Shown here: positions 37,923 to 49,308 of the stretch, one piece after another
Numbering within the stretch: the first letter of the stretch is position 1
Layout of the letters: every line of letters begins with the position of its first letter
Program-made: the position numbers and the translations under genes
NCBI GenBank assembly: GCA_000384935.1
Contig: ARRA01000004.1
Span: forward strand, 12,834 to 76,833
Length of the DNA stretch: 64,000 bases
Reading direction: 5' to 3'
From: a gamma proteobacterium SCGC AAA076-P13
GTDB lineage: Bacteria > Pseudomonadota > Gammaproteobacteria > Magnimaribacterales > D2472
The notes under the pieces: model-generated
Database searches by the model: none
What the model saw: only the letters and a program-made list of their open reading frames with translations
Told to the model about the DNA's origin: nothing

Positions 37923-38981
37923 ATGAAAAGACAATTGATACAAAGACTTAATGAAGGGCCAGTTATCTGTGCTGAAGGGTTTCTTTTTGAAATTGAAAAA
38001 AGAGGTTATCTATCAGCTGGAGAGTTTGTGCCAATGGTCTCATTGGAACATCCAGAGGCGTTAGAGAATCTTCATAAAGACTTCCAGCATGCCGGATCAG
38101 ATGTTGTTGAAGCTTTTACTTATAATGCTCATAGAGAAAAAATGAGAGTTATCGGGAAAGAAGAATTAATTGAACCCTTAAATAGAGCAGCATTACAAAT
38201 TGCAAAAAAAGTTGCCGACAATCCGATTGATGGCGGCGAGCCAAATCTTATGGCTGGAAATATTTCTAATTCTAATATATGGGAGCAAGGTAATTTAGAT
38301 TCTCATAAAGAAGTTGAAAAAATGTTTAATGAAATGGTTGGGTGGTCTGTAGATGAAGGGGCTGATTTATTAGTTGGTGAAACTTTTTACTATGCTGAAG
38401 AGGCATACATGGCTCTTGATATTATTCAAAAAGCTGGACTTCCATCAGTTATTACCATTGCACCAATGGCAGAAAATGAAATGAGAGATGGGGTATCTAT
38501 ACTTGATACTATGAAAGAATTAGAACAAAGAGGAGCGGATGTTGTAGGCATGAATTGCTTCAGAGGTCCTGACACAATGATGCCTTATTTAAGAGAAGCT
38601 AGAAAAGTACTTAAATGCCATATGGGAGCGCTTCCATTACCTTTTAGAACAACAGATGCAAATCCTACATTCTTTAATTTGCCTGATGACCATGGATGTT
38701 CCTGTCCTGCACCTCATGGCAGAACTTTTCCAACAGCATTAGATCCTTTGTACTGCAATAGATATGAAATGCGTGAGTTTGGTAAAGAGGCATTTGAGTT
38801 AGGCATTAACTACCTTGGTGTTTGTTGTGGTGCAACACCTATGCATATCAGAGAGGTTGCAGAAGCAGCTGGTTTAACAGTGCCTGCAAGCAAATATAGA
38901 GAGAATATGTCAAACCATTTTATGTATGGTACAAACGAAAGAACCGCAGATCATATGGTAGATTATGGGGATAAAGCTTAA
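37923..38981 (+). CDS. homocysteine S-methyltransferase (betaine-homocysteine type)
   Basis: ICAEGFLFEIEKRGY, AGSDVVEAFTY, GMNC, YLGVCCG zinc ligands. Confidence 0.88.
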   Translation: MKRQLIQRLNEGPVICAEGFLFEIEKRGYLSAGEFVPMVSLEHPEALENLHKDFQHAGSDVVEAFTYNAHREKMRVIGKEELIEPLNRAALQIAKKVADNPIDGGEPNLMAGNISNSNIWEQGNLDSHKEVEKMFNEMVGWSVDEGADLLVGETFYYAEEAYMALDIIQKAGLPSVITIAPMAENEMRDGVSILDTMKELEQRGADVVGMNCFRGPDTMMPYLREARKVLKCHMGALPLPFRTTDANPTFFNLPDDHGCSCPAPHGRTFPTALDPLYCNRYEMREFGKEAFELGINYLGVCCGATPMHIREVAEAAGLTVPASKYRENMSNHFMYGTNERTADHMVDYGDKA

Positions 38982-39009
38982 ATAAGGCTCTCTCTAAAAT
39001 TAAATTATT

Positions 39010-39036
39010 AAAAGGCTCTTTATTAAGAGCCTTTTT
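39010..39036. terminator. intrinsic terminator
   Basis: AAAAGGCTCTT-TATT-AAGAGCCTTTT hairpin. Confidence 0.85.
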
Positions 39037-39052
39037 CATTTAAAATCATATT

Positions 39053-39637
39053 ATGAGATTTTTACTTCTTTTCCTGATGTCTTTTCCAGCCATGGCTGAG
39101 TCTTCTAAAATTCTATGTGAGCTAGATGGAACCTACTCTGTTACCTATAAAGATATTAAAAAAACATATCTTTCAGAGGGAATAGAACTTTTTAAGAATT
39201 TGGCTAGACAGACACAACAATCATTATTTTTACTTCAACGAGCTAAAACAAATTTTGCTGAAGAAGATTGGCAAAAAGATAAAATGTACGTTGTTCAGTA
39301 CTGGGATGTAGATACACGCAAGGAATCTTTTAAATCTTTAAAACATACTCTTGATCCATCTCCAGCATGGATAAACTCTAATGCTGATTGGGAATCAACC
39401 AAGACTGATACCGGTATAACTGTAACCCACACCATGAATACTGGAGATGTTCATCCATTATTTCCTGATTATGAGGTCGATATTTATAGTATTTCTAATT
39501 CATTTAACTGGTTTACTGGTAAAGGACAAATATCTGGAGATATATGGCTTAACAAGAAAGATGGTACAAAGAATAGAAACCCAAAGGTTGAGATAATGGC
39601 AGCAGGAAAGTGCCAGCCTCAAAAGAAAAAGTTTTAG
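39053..39637 (+). CDS. hypothetical exported protein
   Basis: Signal peptide ending AMA; Cys near each terminus. Confidence 0.65.
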   Translation: MRFLLLFLMSFPAMAESSKILCELDGTYSVTYKDIKKTYLSEGIELFKNLARQTQQSLFLLQRAKTNFAEEDWQKDKMYVVQYWDVDTRKESFKSLKHTLDPSPAWINSNADWESTKTDTGITVTHTMNTGDVHPLFPDYEVDIYSISNSFNWFTGKGQISGDIWLNKKDGTKNRNPKVEIMAAGKCQPQKKKF

Positions 39638-39642
39638 AAAGT

Positions 39643-39741
39643 TTAGACTATAGCTGCAATAAAGAACGCCAAAATAACTATACCTATAGGCACATATCTA
39701 TCAAAATTATCTGAGAGTGTTTTTAAAATTTTTTCTATCAT
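39643..39741 (-). CDS. 32-aa single-TM small protein (not in ORF track)
   Basis: MIEKILKTLSDNFDRYVPIGIVILAFFIAAIV*. Confidence 0.45.
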   Translation of the reverse strand: MIEKILKTLSDNFDRYVPIGIVILAFFIAAIV

Positions 39742-39809
39742 ATTATTAGTTATAAAATTCCCTACTGTGGTTTAAAGTATCTGAAAAATTAAGCTACTTT
39801 TAGCTAAAT

Positions 39810-39935
39810 TTATTTATTTCGAGCTTTTCTTAATTCTCTATATACCTTATTAAGTTTTTTTTTCTTAATCTCTTTTACAGCTTTTCTTTTAATACTAGCA
39901 TCAGCTGATTTTTTTGCTCGCTCACCTTTATCCAT
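39810..39935 (-). CDS. 41-aa highly basic small protein (not in ORF track)
   Basis: GGAGGA SD; MDKGERAKKSADASIKRKAVKEIKKKKLNKVYRELRKARNK*. Confidence 0.6.
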   Translation of the reverse strand: MDKGERAKKSADASIKRKAVKEIKKKKLNKVYRELRKARNK

Positions 39936-40004
39936 AAACATCCTCCAAAAGAATTTTAATGAAGTCATTTAATAGTAACAAATTTTTATAAAATCTCTAC
40001 AATA

Positions 40005-41324
40005 TTGTTTAACTTTATGATTGTTGAAAAAACTCACATACCTAGAACCCTTATAATTTTTATTGATGTCGAATCTTTAAGAACAGGGCAAGAGTTAGAA
40101 AACATTTATGGAGAGTTTTATGAGCTTGTTAATTCGGCAGGAGCTGAGATTGTTCAATCAAGTTCTAGTAAACAAAAATCACCCTCAGTAAGTCATTTTA
40201 TTAACAAAGGTAAGCTTGAAGAAATCCTAGGTATAGTTGATAAATCTAAGGCCGAGCTTGTTATTGTTAATCATCAACTTTCTGCCTCTCAAGCAAGAAA
40301 TCTTGAATTAAAATTAAAAGTAAGAGTTATAGATAAAACAGAGCTTATTTTAGATATCTTTGCGTCAAGAGCAACAACCCATATTGGAAAGCTTCAAGTC
40401 GAGCTCGCACAGTTAAATCATTTATCGACAAGATTAATAAGAGGGTGGACTCACTTAGAGAGACAAAAAGGTGGAATTGGACTAAGAGGCCCTGGAGAAA
40501 CTCAGCTTGAAACAGATAGACGTCTTATTGGGCATAGGATTAAGCGCTTAAAAAGTAGGTTAGAAAAGGCTCATAAGCAAAAACAACTTAACAGCTATTC
40601 AAGAAAAAAAAGTAGGAATAAGCTTGTTGCTTTAGTTGGATACACAAATGCAGGCAAAACTACCTTATTTAATTCTTTAACTAATAGTAAACAACTCGCA
40701 GAAGATAAGCTCTTTGCTACCCTAGATTCTGTAACAAGAAAAAATATAGATCCAGAATTGGGGCCAATATTATTTTCAGATACAGTTGGATTTATATCTG
40801 AACTGCCAACGCAATTAATAGAATCATTTAAAGCTACTCTTGACGAGCTTAAATCTGCCGATTTATTGCTTCATGTAGTAGATATATCTGATATAGATCA
40901 TCGCCAAAAAGAAAAAGAAGTAAATCAGATTTTAGATGAATTAAATTTACAATCCATTCCACAGATTAGAGTTAATAATAAATGTGATATTAAAGGATCA
41001 ACTAATTTTGATAGCAAGAACAAAGATAATGAGGTATGGATTTCTGCTGAAAAAAATATAGGTATTCAGGAGTTAAGAGAATTAATTAATAATGATTTAT
41101 TTAATGGTATATATAGAGGTTGGATTTCTTTAGAGGCGTCTTTAGGAAAAATTAGAGCTAAATTATTTAGAATGGGATGTATTGATGAAGAGAAGGTATC
41201 ACCAACAGGAAAGATATTCGCTCATATTCATATAGGACAAGATGAATTAGATAATTTTATTCATATTAACGGCTTTGCCCTTTGCAACGACAAAGATATA
41301 CTTTTAGAAACACAATCAACATAA
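40005..41324 (+). CDS. hflX: ribosome-splitting GTPase HflX
   Basis: ILDIF, LQVELAQL, GPGETQLETDRR, GYTNAGKTT, LFATLD, DTVGFI, NKCD. Confidence 0.97.
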   Translation: MFNFMIVEKTHIPRTLIIFIDVESLRTGQELENIYGEFYELVNSAGAEIVQSSSSKQKSPSVSHFINKGKLEEILGIVDKSKAELVIVNHQLSASQARNLELKLKVRVIDKTELILDIFASRATTHIGKLQVELAQLNHLSTRLIRGWTHLERQKGGIGLRGPGETQLETDRRLIGHRIKRLKSRLEKAHKQKQLNSYSRKKSRNKLVALVGYTNAGKTTLFNSLTNSKQLAEDKLFATLDSVTRKNIDPELGPILFSDTVGFISELPTQLIESFKATLDELKSADLLLHVVDISDIDHRQKEKEVNQILDELNLQSIPQIRVNNKCDIKGSTNFDSKNKDNEVWISAEKNIGIQELRELINNDLFNGIYRGWISLEASLGKIRAKLFRMGCIDEEKVSPTGKIFAHIHIGQDELDNFIHINGFALCNDKDILLETQST

Positions 41325-41327
41325 CCA

Positions 41328-41780
41328 ATGAAAAAAATAAATAGCACCCTAGATAAAATAACAAATCCATTATTAAATATTGTTCCTTGGCTTCCAAGGT
41401 TTGCATTAGGCATAGCTTTCTTTTTTCACGGTTATGGAAAACTTCCCGCTCCTTTCATGATGGATGAGCAGCATAGAATGGTTACCTGGTTTGAAAGTAT
41501 TTTTATACCTATGCCAGAGCTATGGGTAAATTTAGTAATTCTTGGTGAACTGGCTGCCGGGATTGGAATTATCTTAGGCGGGGTAGTGGGTTTGTTTGCA
41601 AGTCAACTTGGACATTTATTAACAAGATTATCTGGGCTTCTTGTGGTAATTATAATGACCTGCGCTTTATACATCGCTCATGCAGACTGGTTTACTAGCT
41701 TAAGTACAAAATTTGTTACAAGTGAGCAAATGTTCTTGTTAGTTTTAGGAATATTCTTTGCAATACGTGGCAATAAATAG
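41328..41780 (+). CDS. DoxX-family membrane protein
   Basis: PRFALGIAFFFHGYGK, ELAAGIG, IAH. Confidence 0.75.
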   Translation: MKKINSTLDKITNPLLNIVPWLPRFALGIAFFFHGYGKLPAPFMMDEQHRMVTWFESIFIPMPELWVNLVILGELAAGIGIILGGVVGLFASQLGHLLTRLSGLLVVIIMTCALYIAHADWFTSLSTKFVTSEQMFLLVLGIFFAIRGNK

Positions 41781-41817
41781 TCTTTAAAACAATCTTCTAA
41801 AAATAATAAAAAACTTC

Positions 41818-41877
41818 TTGCATTTCTAAATGAGAATGATTATCATTTCCAATCATAAATGAGAATGATTCTTATTT
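41818..41877 (+). promoter_or_regulatory. promoter with two tandem Fur boxes
   Basis: AAATGAGAATGATTATCATTT (41828-41848) and AAATGAGAATGATTCTTATTT (41857-41877); TTGCAT-N17-TATCAT overlaps box 1. Confidence 0.85.
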
Positions 41878-41989
41878 AGCTTGGGAGGAAGTTAATTATT
41901 TCCCTGAAAGTGCGCTATTTGGTTTGTTATTTAATCAAATAAGGAATTACTTCCCCCCAGGTATTTTTACATTTTGATAAAGGAAAAAA

Positions 41990-44173
41990 ATGATTAAAAA
42001 AATAATTGAAACTAGGCAAGCTTTGATAACAATATCTGCATTAATAATGCTATCGGCCACATCATTGCTATCAGCAAATGATAATGTTGAGTCGGTAACT
42101 ATTATAGGCTCTAAAGAGGACGCAAGAAATCTTGCAGGATCTGGTAATGTTATTAGTGAAGAAGACCTTAAAAAGATAGTTGATACTGATATTCATAAAA
42201 TTCTTTCAGCAGTGCCTGGCCTATATTTTAGAACTGAAGATGGTTATGGCCTTAGGCCAAATATTTCAATAAGAGGAACAAGTATTGATAGATCAGCTAA
42301 AGTAACTCTCATGGAGGATGGAGTGCTTATAGCTCCAGCACCATATACTTCAGCATCTGCTTACTACTTTCCAACATCAGGAAGAATCAATTCAGTAGAA
42401 GTTTTAAAAGGACCTTCTTCTATATCAGCGGGGCCAAGTACTATTGGCGGCGCTATAAATTTAATAAGTACACCAATTCCTGAAACTACATCTGGAAGAC
42501 TAGTTCAAGAATTTGGTGAAAATGGCACGATGAGAACTCATGCTAATTATGGAATTAATACTGGTGATTTTGGGGCATTGTTAGAAATACATGATCATTC
42601 TAGTGATGGTTTTGCATCTATTGCAAGCGTTGGTGGTGATACAGGTTTTAATAAATCAGACGTAATGATTAAGGCAAGGTATGAGACAGGTAATCACTCT
42701 TTAACATTTAAGATGTTAGATCTTGATGAGACATCTGAACAGTCTTATGTTGGTCTTTCCCAAGCAAGCTTCAATATTAATCCACATAAAAGATATGGGA
42801 TGACCCAATATGATGAAATGAAAAATGATGGAGATCAAACCTCATTAACATATAAGGGTAATTTTAATAATTTTGATATTGTTCTTACATCATGGAGCAA
42901 TGATTATCATAGAGATTGGTTTAAGGTAGATAAAGCAAATAACTCTAAAGTTGGCGGAGTTGGAAATGGTATTAATAATGTAATTAGCGCTGCAAATGCA
43001 GGCAATGTAACAGCTCAAGGAATTTTAGACGGTGAAGTAGCTACCGAAGTTAAGCTAAAACATAACAACAGGTACTACACCAATGAAGGATACCAATTCA
43101 AGATAATGACTGAGGTTGGAAATCATTCGATTATTCTAGGCTATAGAGATATGGATGATTCAGAAAGCAGATATCAAAGTTATGAATGTTTTGACCAAGG
43201 TGCAAATGGAGTAAATTCTGCATTAAGAACATGCAGTACTGGATATACTGGGAGCAATAACAGGCTAAGAGAATCTCAGGCAACTTCATTTTATATAGAA
43301 GATACTATTTCATTAGGCGAGCTAGCGTTAACAGTTGGTCATAGATCTGAGGAATATGATCAAATAGAAAATAGATGGGATGATGGCGTTCCAACAAGAA
43401 CAATGCTTGCTTCTGGATACCCAAAATCTAAATCAGGGGACTATGCCTCTACAGGATTTGGTGCCACATATGATTTAAATGAAAACGTAAAACTTGTTGC
43501 TGGTTTTCATGAAGGAATGACCCCAATGTTTGGAACTGATCCTGAAAAGGCAGATAACATGGAGCTAGGGTTGAGATATCTAAATGGCAGTTCTAATTTA
43601 GAGGTATTTTATTTTCAAAGTGATTACTCAAGTTTAAAAGCTGAGTGCAAAAACTCACAAGGCGGAGATTGTGATGCTGGAGATGTCTTTAATGGAGGAG
43701 CTGTTGATGTTTCAGGTTTTGAAATTTCGGGTTCTAAAATCTACCAGGTTGGTAATTTAGATTACCCAGTTGGCATTACATACACATCAAATGACGCAAC
43801 CTTTGCTAATAGCTTTGATGATGATGGTGAGTACTGGGGAGTTGTTTCATCTGGTGATGATGTTCCTTATGTACCAAGCTCATCATTAGCAATTGTTTTA
43901 GGTTTTGTAAGTGACTCAGGTTTAACTGGAAATCTTAGGCTTGTAAGTAATGGAAGCGCATGCTCAACAGCAGCTTGTGGAACCTATCAAAAAATAGATT
44001 CCCATAACTTTGTAGACACAAATTTAAGAAAAGTTATAAATGAAAATCTTGACGTGTACTTAATTGTTGAAAATCTATTAGATTCAGCAGATGTAGTAGC
44101 AAGAGCACCTAAAGATGGCGCAAGGGCTCAAAAACCAAGAACAATGAAAGTAGGTTTTTCATATAAGTTTTAG
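41990..44173 (+). CDS. TonB-dependent receptor (FecA-like, iron-regulated)
   Basis: Signal peptide, ESVTIIG TonB box, plug EDGYGLRPNISIRG/VEVLKGP, C-terminal SYKF. Confidence 0.92.
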   Translation: MIKKIIETRQALITISALIMLSATSLLSANDNVESVTIIGSKEDARNLAGSGNVISEEDLKKIVDTDIHKILSAVPGLYFRTEDGYGLRPNISIRGTSIDRSAKVTLMEDGVLIAPAPYTSASAYYFPTSGRINSVEVLKGPSSISAGPSTIGGAINLISTPIPETTSGRLVQEFGENGTMRTHANYGINTGDFGALLEIHDHSSDGFASIASVGGDTGFNKSDVMIKARYETGNHSLTFKMLDLDETSEQSYVGLSQASFNINPHKRYGMTQYDEMKNDGDQTSLTYKGNFNNFDIVLTSWSNDYHRDWFKVDKANNSKVGGVGNGINNVISAANAGNVTAQGILDGEVATEVKLKHNNRYYTNEGYQFKIMTEVGNHSIILGYRDMDDSESRYQSYECFDQGANGVNSALRTCSTGYTGSNNRLRESQATSFYIEDTISLGELALTVGHRSEEYDQIENRWDDGVPTRTMLASGYPKSKSGDYASTGFGATYDLNENVKLVAGFHEGMTPMFGTDPEKADNMELGLRYLNGSSNLEVFYFQSDYSSLKAECKNSQGGDCDAGDVFNGGAVDVSGFEISGSKIYQVGNLDYPVGITYTSNDATFANSFDDDGEYWGVVSSGDDVPYVPSSSLAIVLGFVSDSGLTGNLRLVSNGSACSTAACGTYQKIDSHNFVDTNLRKVINENLDVYLIVENLLDSADVVARAPKDGARAQKPRTMKVGFSYKF

Positions 44174-44205
44174 TTTTCTTGGGAGAGGGGTGTGCAACAT
44201 CCCCT

Positions 44206-44238
44206 AAAAGAAAGGGCGGTCTAACCGCCCTTTCTTTT
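44206..44238. terminator. intrinsic terminator
   Basis: AAAAGAAAGGGCGGT-CTA-ACCGCCCTTTCTTTT perfect 15-bp stem. Confidence 0.9.
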
Positions 44239-44298
44239 ATTTAAAAGATTGTACAAATATAAAATATTTTCAAGTACAATAGCGTTTCATTGATTAAT

Positions 44299-44374
44299 GG
44301 GGCTATAGCTCAGCTGGGAGAGCACCTGCTTTGCAAGCAGGGGGTCCGCGGTTCGATCCCGCGTAGCTCCACCA
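44299..44374 (+). tRNA. tRNA-Ala (TGC)
   Basis: GGGGCTATAGCTCAGCTGGGAGAGCACCTGCTTTGCAAGCAGG..TTCGATC..TAGCTCCACCA. Confidence 0.97.
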
Positions 44375-44475
44375 TTCCTTTTTCTAATTCACAAAAAAAA
44401 CTCATGTATATACAAAATGAGTTAAATCATTATAGTTACTAGCCCAAAATAAAAAATAAATAGGAAAGAGGAAAT

Positions 44476-45228
44476 ATGAACACAGAAAAAGCTTATAAAA
44501 ATTTAGATTTTTTAACCAGCACAGATGCCCGTAGTTTAAGGATTCTAGCAGAATACCTTCACCCAAAAGCTCAATTCGAACAAGAAAAAGTGAGTAATAC
44601 AATAGTAATTTTTGGATCTGCAAGAGCCCCATCCCCAGAAGAATTAAAAAATAGCGACGGCATTAGCGAAGGAAGAGAAAAAAATCAAAAGCTAGCTAAA
44701 TACTATGATGCTACAAGAATGCTTTCAAGAAAATTGACAGAATGGTCCATGGACATAGACAAGGAGGAGCAAAAATATGTTATTTGCTCAGGCGGTGGTC
44801 CAGGCATAATGATTGCAGCTAATCGAGGAGCAAGAGAAGCGAATGGTAAAACAGCGTCATTAAGAATTTCATTGCCTTTTGAAGATGCTCCAAACCCTTA
44901 TGTTAATGAAGAGTTAGATTTTGAATTTCATTATTTTTTCACTAGAAAATTTTGGTTTTCTTATCTTGCGAAAGCATTGGTTATTATGCCGGGAGGGTTT
45001 GGAACTTTAGATGAATTCTTTGAGGTCTTAACATTAATACAAACAGGAAAAATTAAGAAAAATCTTCCCATTGTTTTATTTGGAAAAGAATACTGGAATA
45101 AGTTAATCAATTTTGAAACCTTGGTTGAATTTGGGACAATTAATAAAGAAGACTTAGATCTTTTTTTTCTTACAGACACTGTTGATGAGGCGTATGATCA
45201 CATCACAATAAATCTTAATTCCAAATAA
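44476..45228 (+). CDS. LOG-family (TIGR00730-like) nucleotide-binding protein
   Basis: IFGSAR, SGGGPGIM, FHYFFTRK, PGGFGTLDE. Confidence 0.9.
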   Translation: MNTEKAYKNLDFLTSTDARSLRILAEYLHPKAQFEQEKVSNTIVIFGSARAPSPEELKNSDGISEGREKNQKLAKYYDATRMLSRKLTEWSMDIDKEEQKYVICSGGGPGIMIAANRGAREANGKTASLRISLPFEDAPNPYVNEELDFEFHYFFTRKFWFSYLAKALVIMPGGFGTLDEFFEVLTLIQTGKIKKNLPIVLFGKEYWNKLINFETLVEFGTINKEDLDLFFLTDTVDEAYDHITINLNSK

Positions 45229-45330
45229 TAGCTTAATCTCATAAGCTAATTTGCATACTTTATTAGATATTTATATGCTTGCTTTGATGGAATTTATAAT
45301 GACGATGAGTAGATAGTATTAAATTATGAT

Positions 45331-46245
45331 CTAAAACGATTGTTCGCTATGAGCTTTTAGTTTTTTTTGAAGTGATGATGTAAAGACCTCACTTAACAAT
45401 TCAACACTTTCTATTGAAGAATAGGAAGGCCTAATTATGATTGCTAGCTCTCTATGAGGGCCAGGCTCATCCAATAATGCTTTATTTATTAAGGAGTTCG
45501 AGTTAACTAATTGATCAATTGCTATATGAGGTACTAGAGTAGAACCCATGCCTCCTGCTGCCAGTTGAGTGAGTGTTGTAAGGCTAGATGCCTCCATTGA
45601 ATATTGTTTATTAGTTTCAATTTTACAAGCAGCAAGAACATGACTTTTAAGGCAATGCCCATCATCCAAAAGCATTAAATTAGATATATCTATATCTTTA
45701 GCTTTAATTTTAGTTTTTCTATAGTTAATTTTGTTGGTAATGTAATAAAAATTCTCTTCCCAGAATTTAAAGGATAGAAGCCCCTCAACCTTATAGGGCA
45801 TTGCAAGAATAGCCATATCAATTTCCCCATTATTAACTTTTTCAATAAGTGCACTTGATTGTGCTTCAATAATTTTTAGCCTTAAATCTGGAAATTTTTT
45901 CTGAAGAGTAGGAAGAACTAAGGGAATAAAATATGGTCCTATGGTGGGTATTATCCCAAGATTGATTGGCATTGTTAGAGGTTTATTTTGGCTTTCACTT
46001 AATTGATTTATTTCATCTATGCTGGACTTTATACCCTTTGCTTTTTTAAGAAATTCTTTGCCAATATTTGTAACTATTACTTTTTTATTAGTCCGCTCAA
46101 AAACCTGAACACCAAGCTGTGATTCCATCTCAGAAATAGCATTACTCAAGGTAGATGGTGATATGTAGCATGCGTCAGCTGCTTTTTTAAAGTGCAATTT
46201 TTTTTCAACCATAAGAGCATAATGGATTTGTTTTATTGTAACCAT
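45331..46245 (-). CDS. oxyR: OxyR-type LysR regulator
   Basis: LysR HTH, GIIPTIGPY, LDDGHCLKSHVLAAC (two redox Cys); divergent from katG. Confidence 0.85.
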   Translation of the reverse strand: MVTIKQIHYALMVEKKLHFKKAADACYISPSTLSNAISEMESQLGVQVFERTNKKVIVTNIGKEFLKKAKGIKSSIDEINQLSESQNKPLTMPINLGIIPTIGPYFIPLVLPTLQKKFPDLRLKIIEAQSSALIEKVNNGEIDMAILAMPYKVEGLLSFKFWEENFYYITNKINYRKTKIKAKDIDISNLMLLDDGHCLKSHVLAACKIETNKQYSMEASSLTTLTQLAAGGMGSTLVPHIAIDQLVNSNSLINKALLDEPGPHRELAIIIRPSYSSIESVELLSEVFTSSLQKKLKAHSEQSF

Positions 46246-46268
46246 GTATGTATTTTATATTCATTTTT

Positions 46269-46305
46269 ATCGAACATAAAGTTCTTTAATATTGTATTTA
46301 TTAAT
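46269..46305. promoter_or_regulatory. possible OxyR operator
   Basis: ATCG-N7-AGTT-N7-ATTG-N7-TAAT, a degenerate match to ATAG-N7-CTAT-N7-ATAG-N7-CTAT. Confidence 0.35.
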
Positions 46306-46343
46306 ACATAAAATATAGGTAGAGTAGTAGTACACATCTTTAG

Positions 46344-48503
<2,160 letters not shown>

Positions 48504-48518
48504 GGTCCTTTAGTTTTT

Positions 48519-48546
48519 TAGGCGGCATTCAATGCCGCCTATTTCT
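48519..48546. terminator. intrinsic terminator
   Basis: TAGGCGGCATT-C-AATGCCGCCTA inverted repeat followed by TTTCT. Confidence 0.75.
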
Positions 48547-48580
48547 CTCTAAGTATTTTAAAAAGCATATAATCAGTTTT

Positions 48581-49306
48581 ATGGATATTAACTTGTGGAA
48601 GGAAATAGAAAGCGAAGTTCGTCTTAGAATTGATGCTGAGCCAACATTAGGCCCATTTCTCAACTCACTAGTATTATCACAAAAAGATTTGTTGGCAGCA
48701 GTAGCTTCTATACTTGCATCTAAACTTCATAGCGATGCTCTTTCTGCTGCAGATATTAAAAAGTTTATTTTAGACGTTTACAGAGATTGTAAAGAGATAG
48801 AGCCAGCCCTTGAAGCAGACTTAAGATTTTTCAAACAAAATGATCCAGCATGTAAATATTTTTCTACCCCACTTCTTTTTTACAAAGGGTTTCTTGGCTT
48901 AGCAACTTATAGAGCTGCTCATTGTTTATGGAATGGTGAGAGGCACACAATGGCATTATTTCTTCAGAATAGGGCCTCAGAAGTTTTTGGTGTTGATATT
49001 CATCCCGCAGCAACAATAGCGGGTGGAGTCATGATTGATCATGCTACCGGGGTTGTAATTGGAGAAACTTCAGACATAGAGAAAGATGTATCTATTTTTC
49101 AAGGTGTAACTCTTGGAGGAAAGGGCTTTGAATCAGGCAAAAGACATCCAAATATTAAACAAGGAGCGACGGTTTTTGCCGCTAGTACAGTTCTAGGAAA
49201 TATTACAGTTGGAAAAAACTCAATCGTAGCAGCTGGTAGTCTTGTATTGCATAATATCGATGACAACAAGACAGTTGCTGGAGTTCCCGCAAAAGAGACT
49301 AATTAA
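48581..49306 (+). CDS. cysE: serine O-acetyltransferase
   Basis: DPAC, KGF, VDIHPAA, IDHATGVVIGET, RHP, GVPAK. Confidence 0.93.
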   Translation: MDINLWKEIESEVRLRIDAEPTLGPFLNSLVLSQKDLLAAVASILASKLHSDALSAADIKKFILDVYRDCKEIEPALEADLRFFKQNDPACKYFSTPLLFYKGFLGLATYRAAHCLWNGERHTMALFLQNRASEVFGVDIHPAATIAGGVMIDHATGVVIGETSDIEKDVSIFQGVTLGGKGFESGKRHPNIKQGATVFAASTVLGNITVGKNSIVAAGSLVLHNIDDNKTVAGVPAKETN

Positions 49307-49308
49307 GA

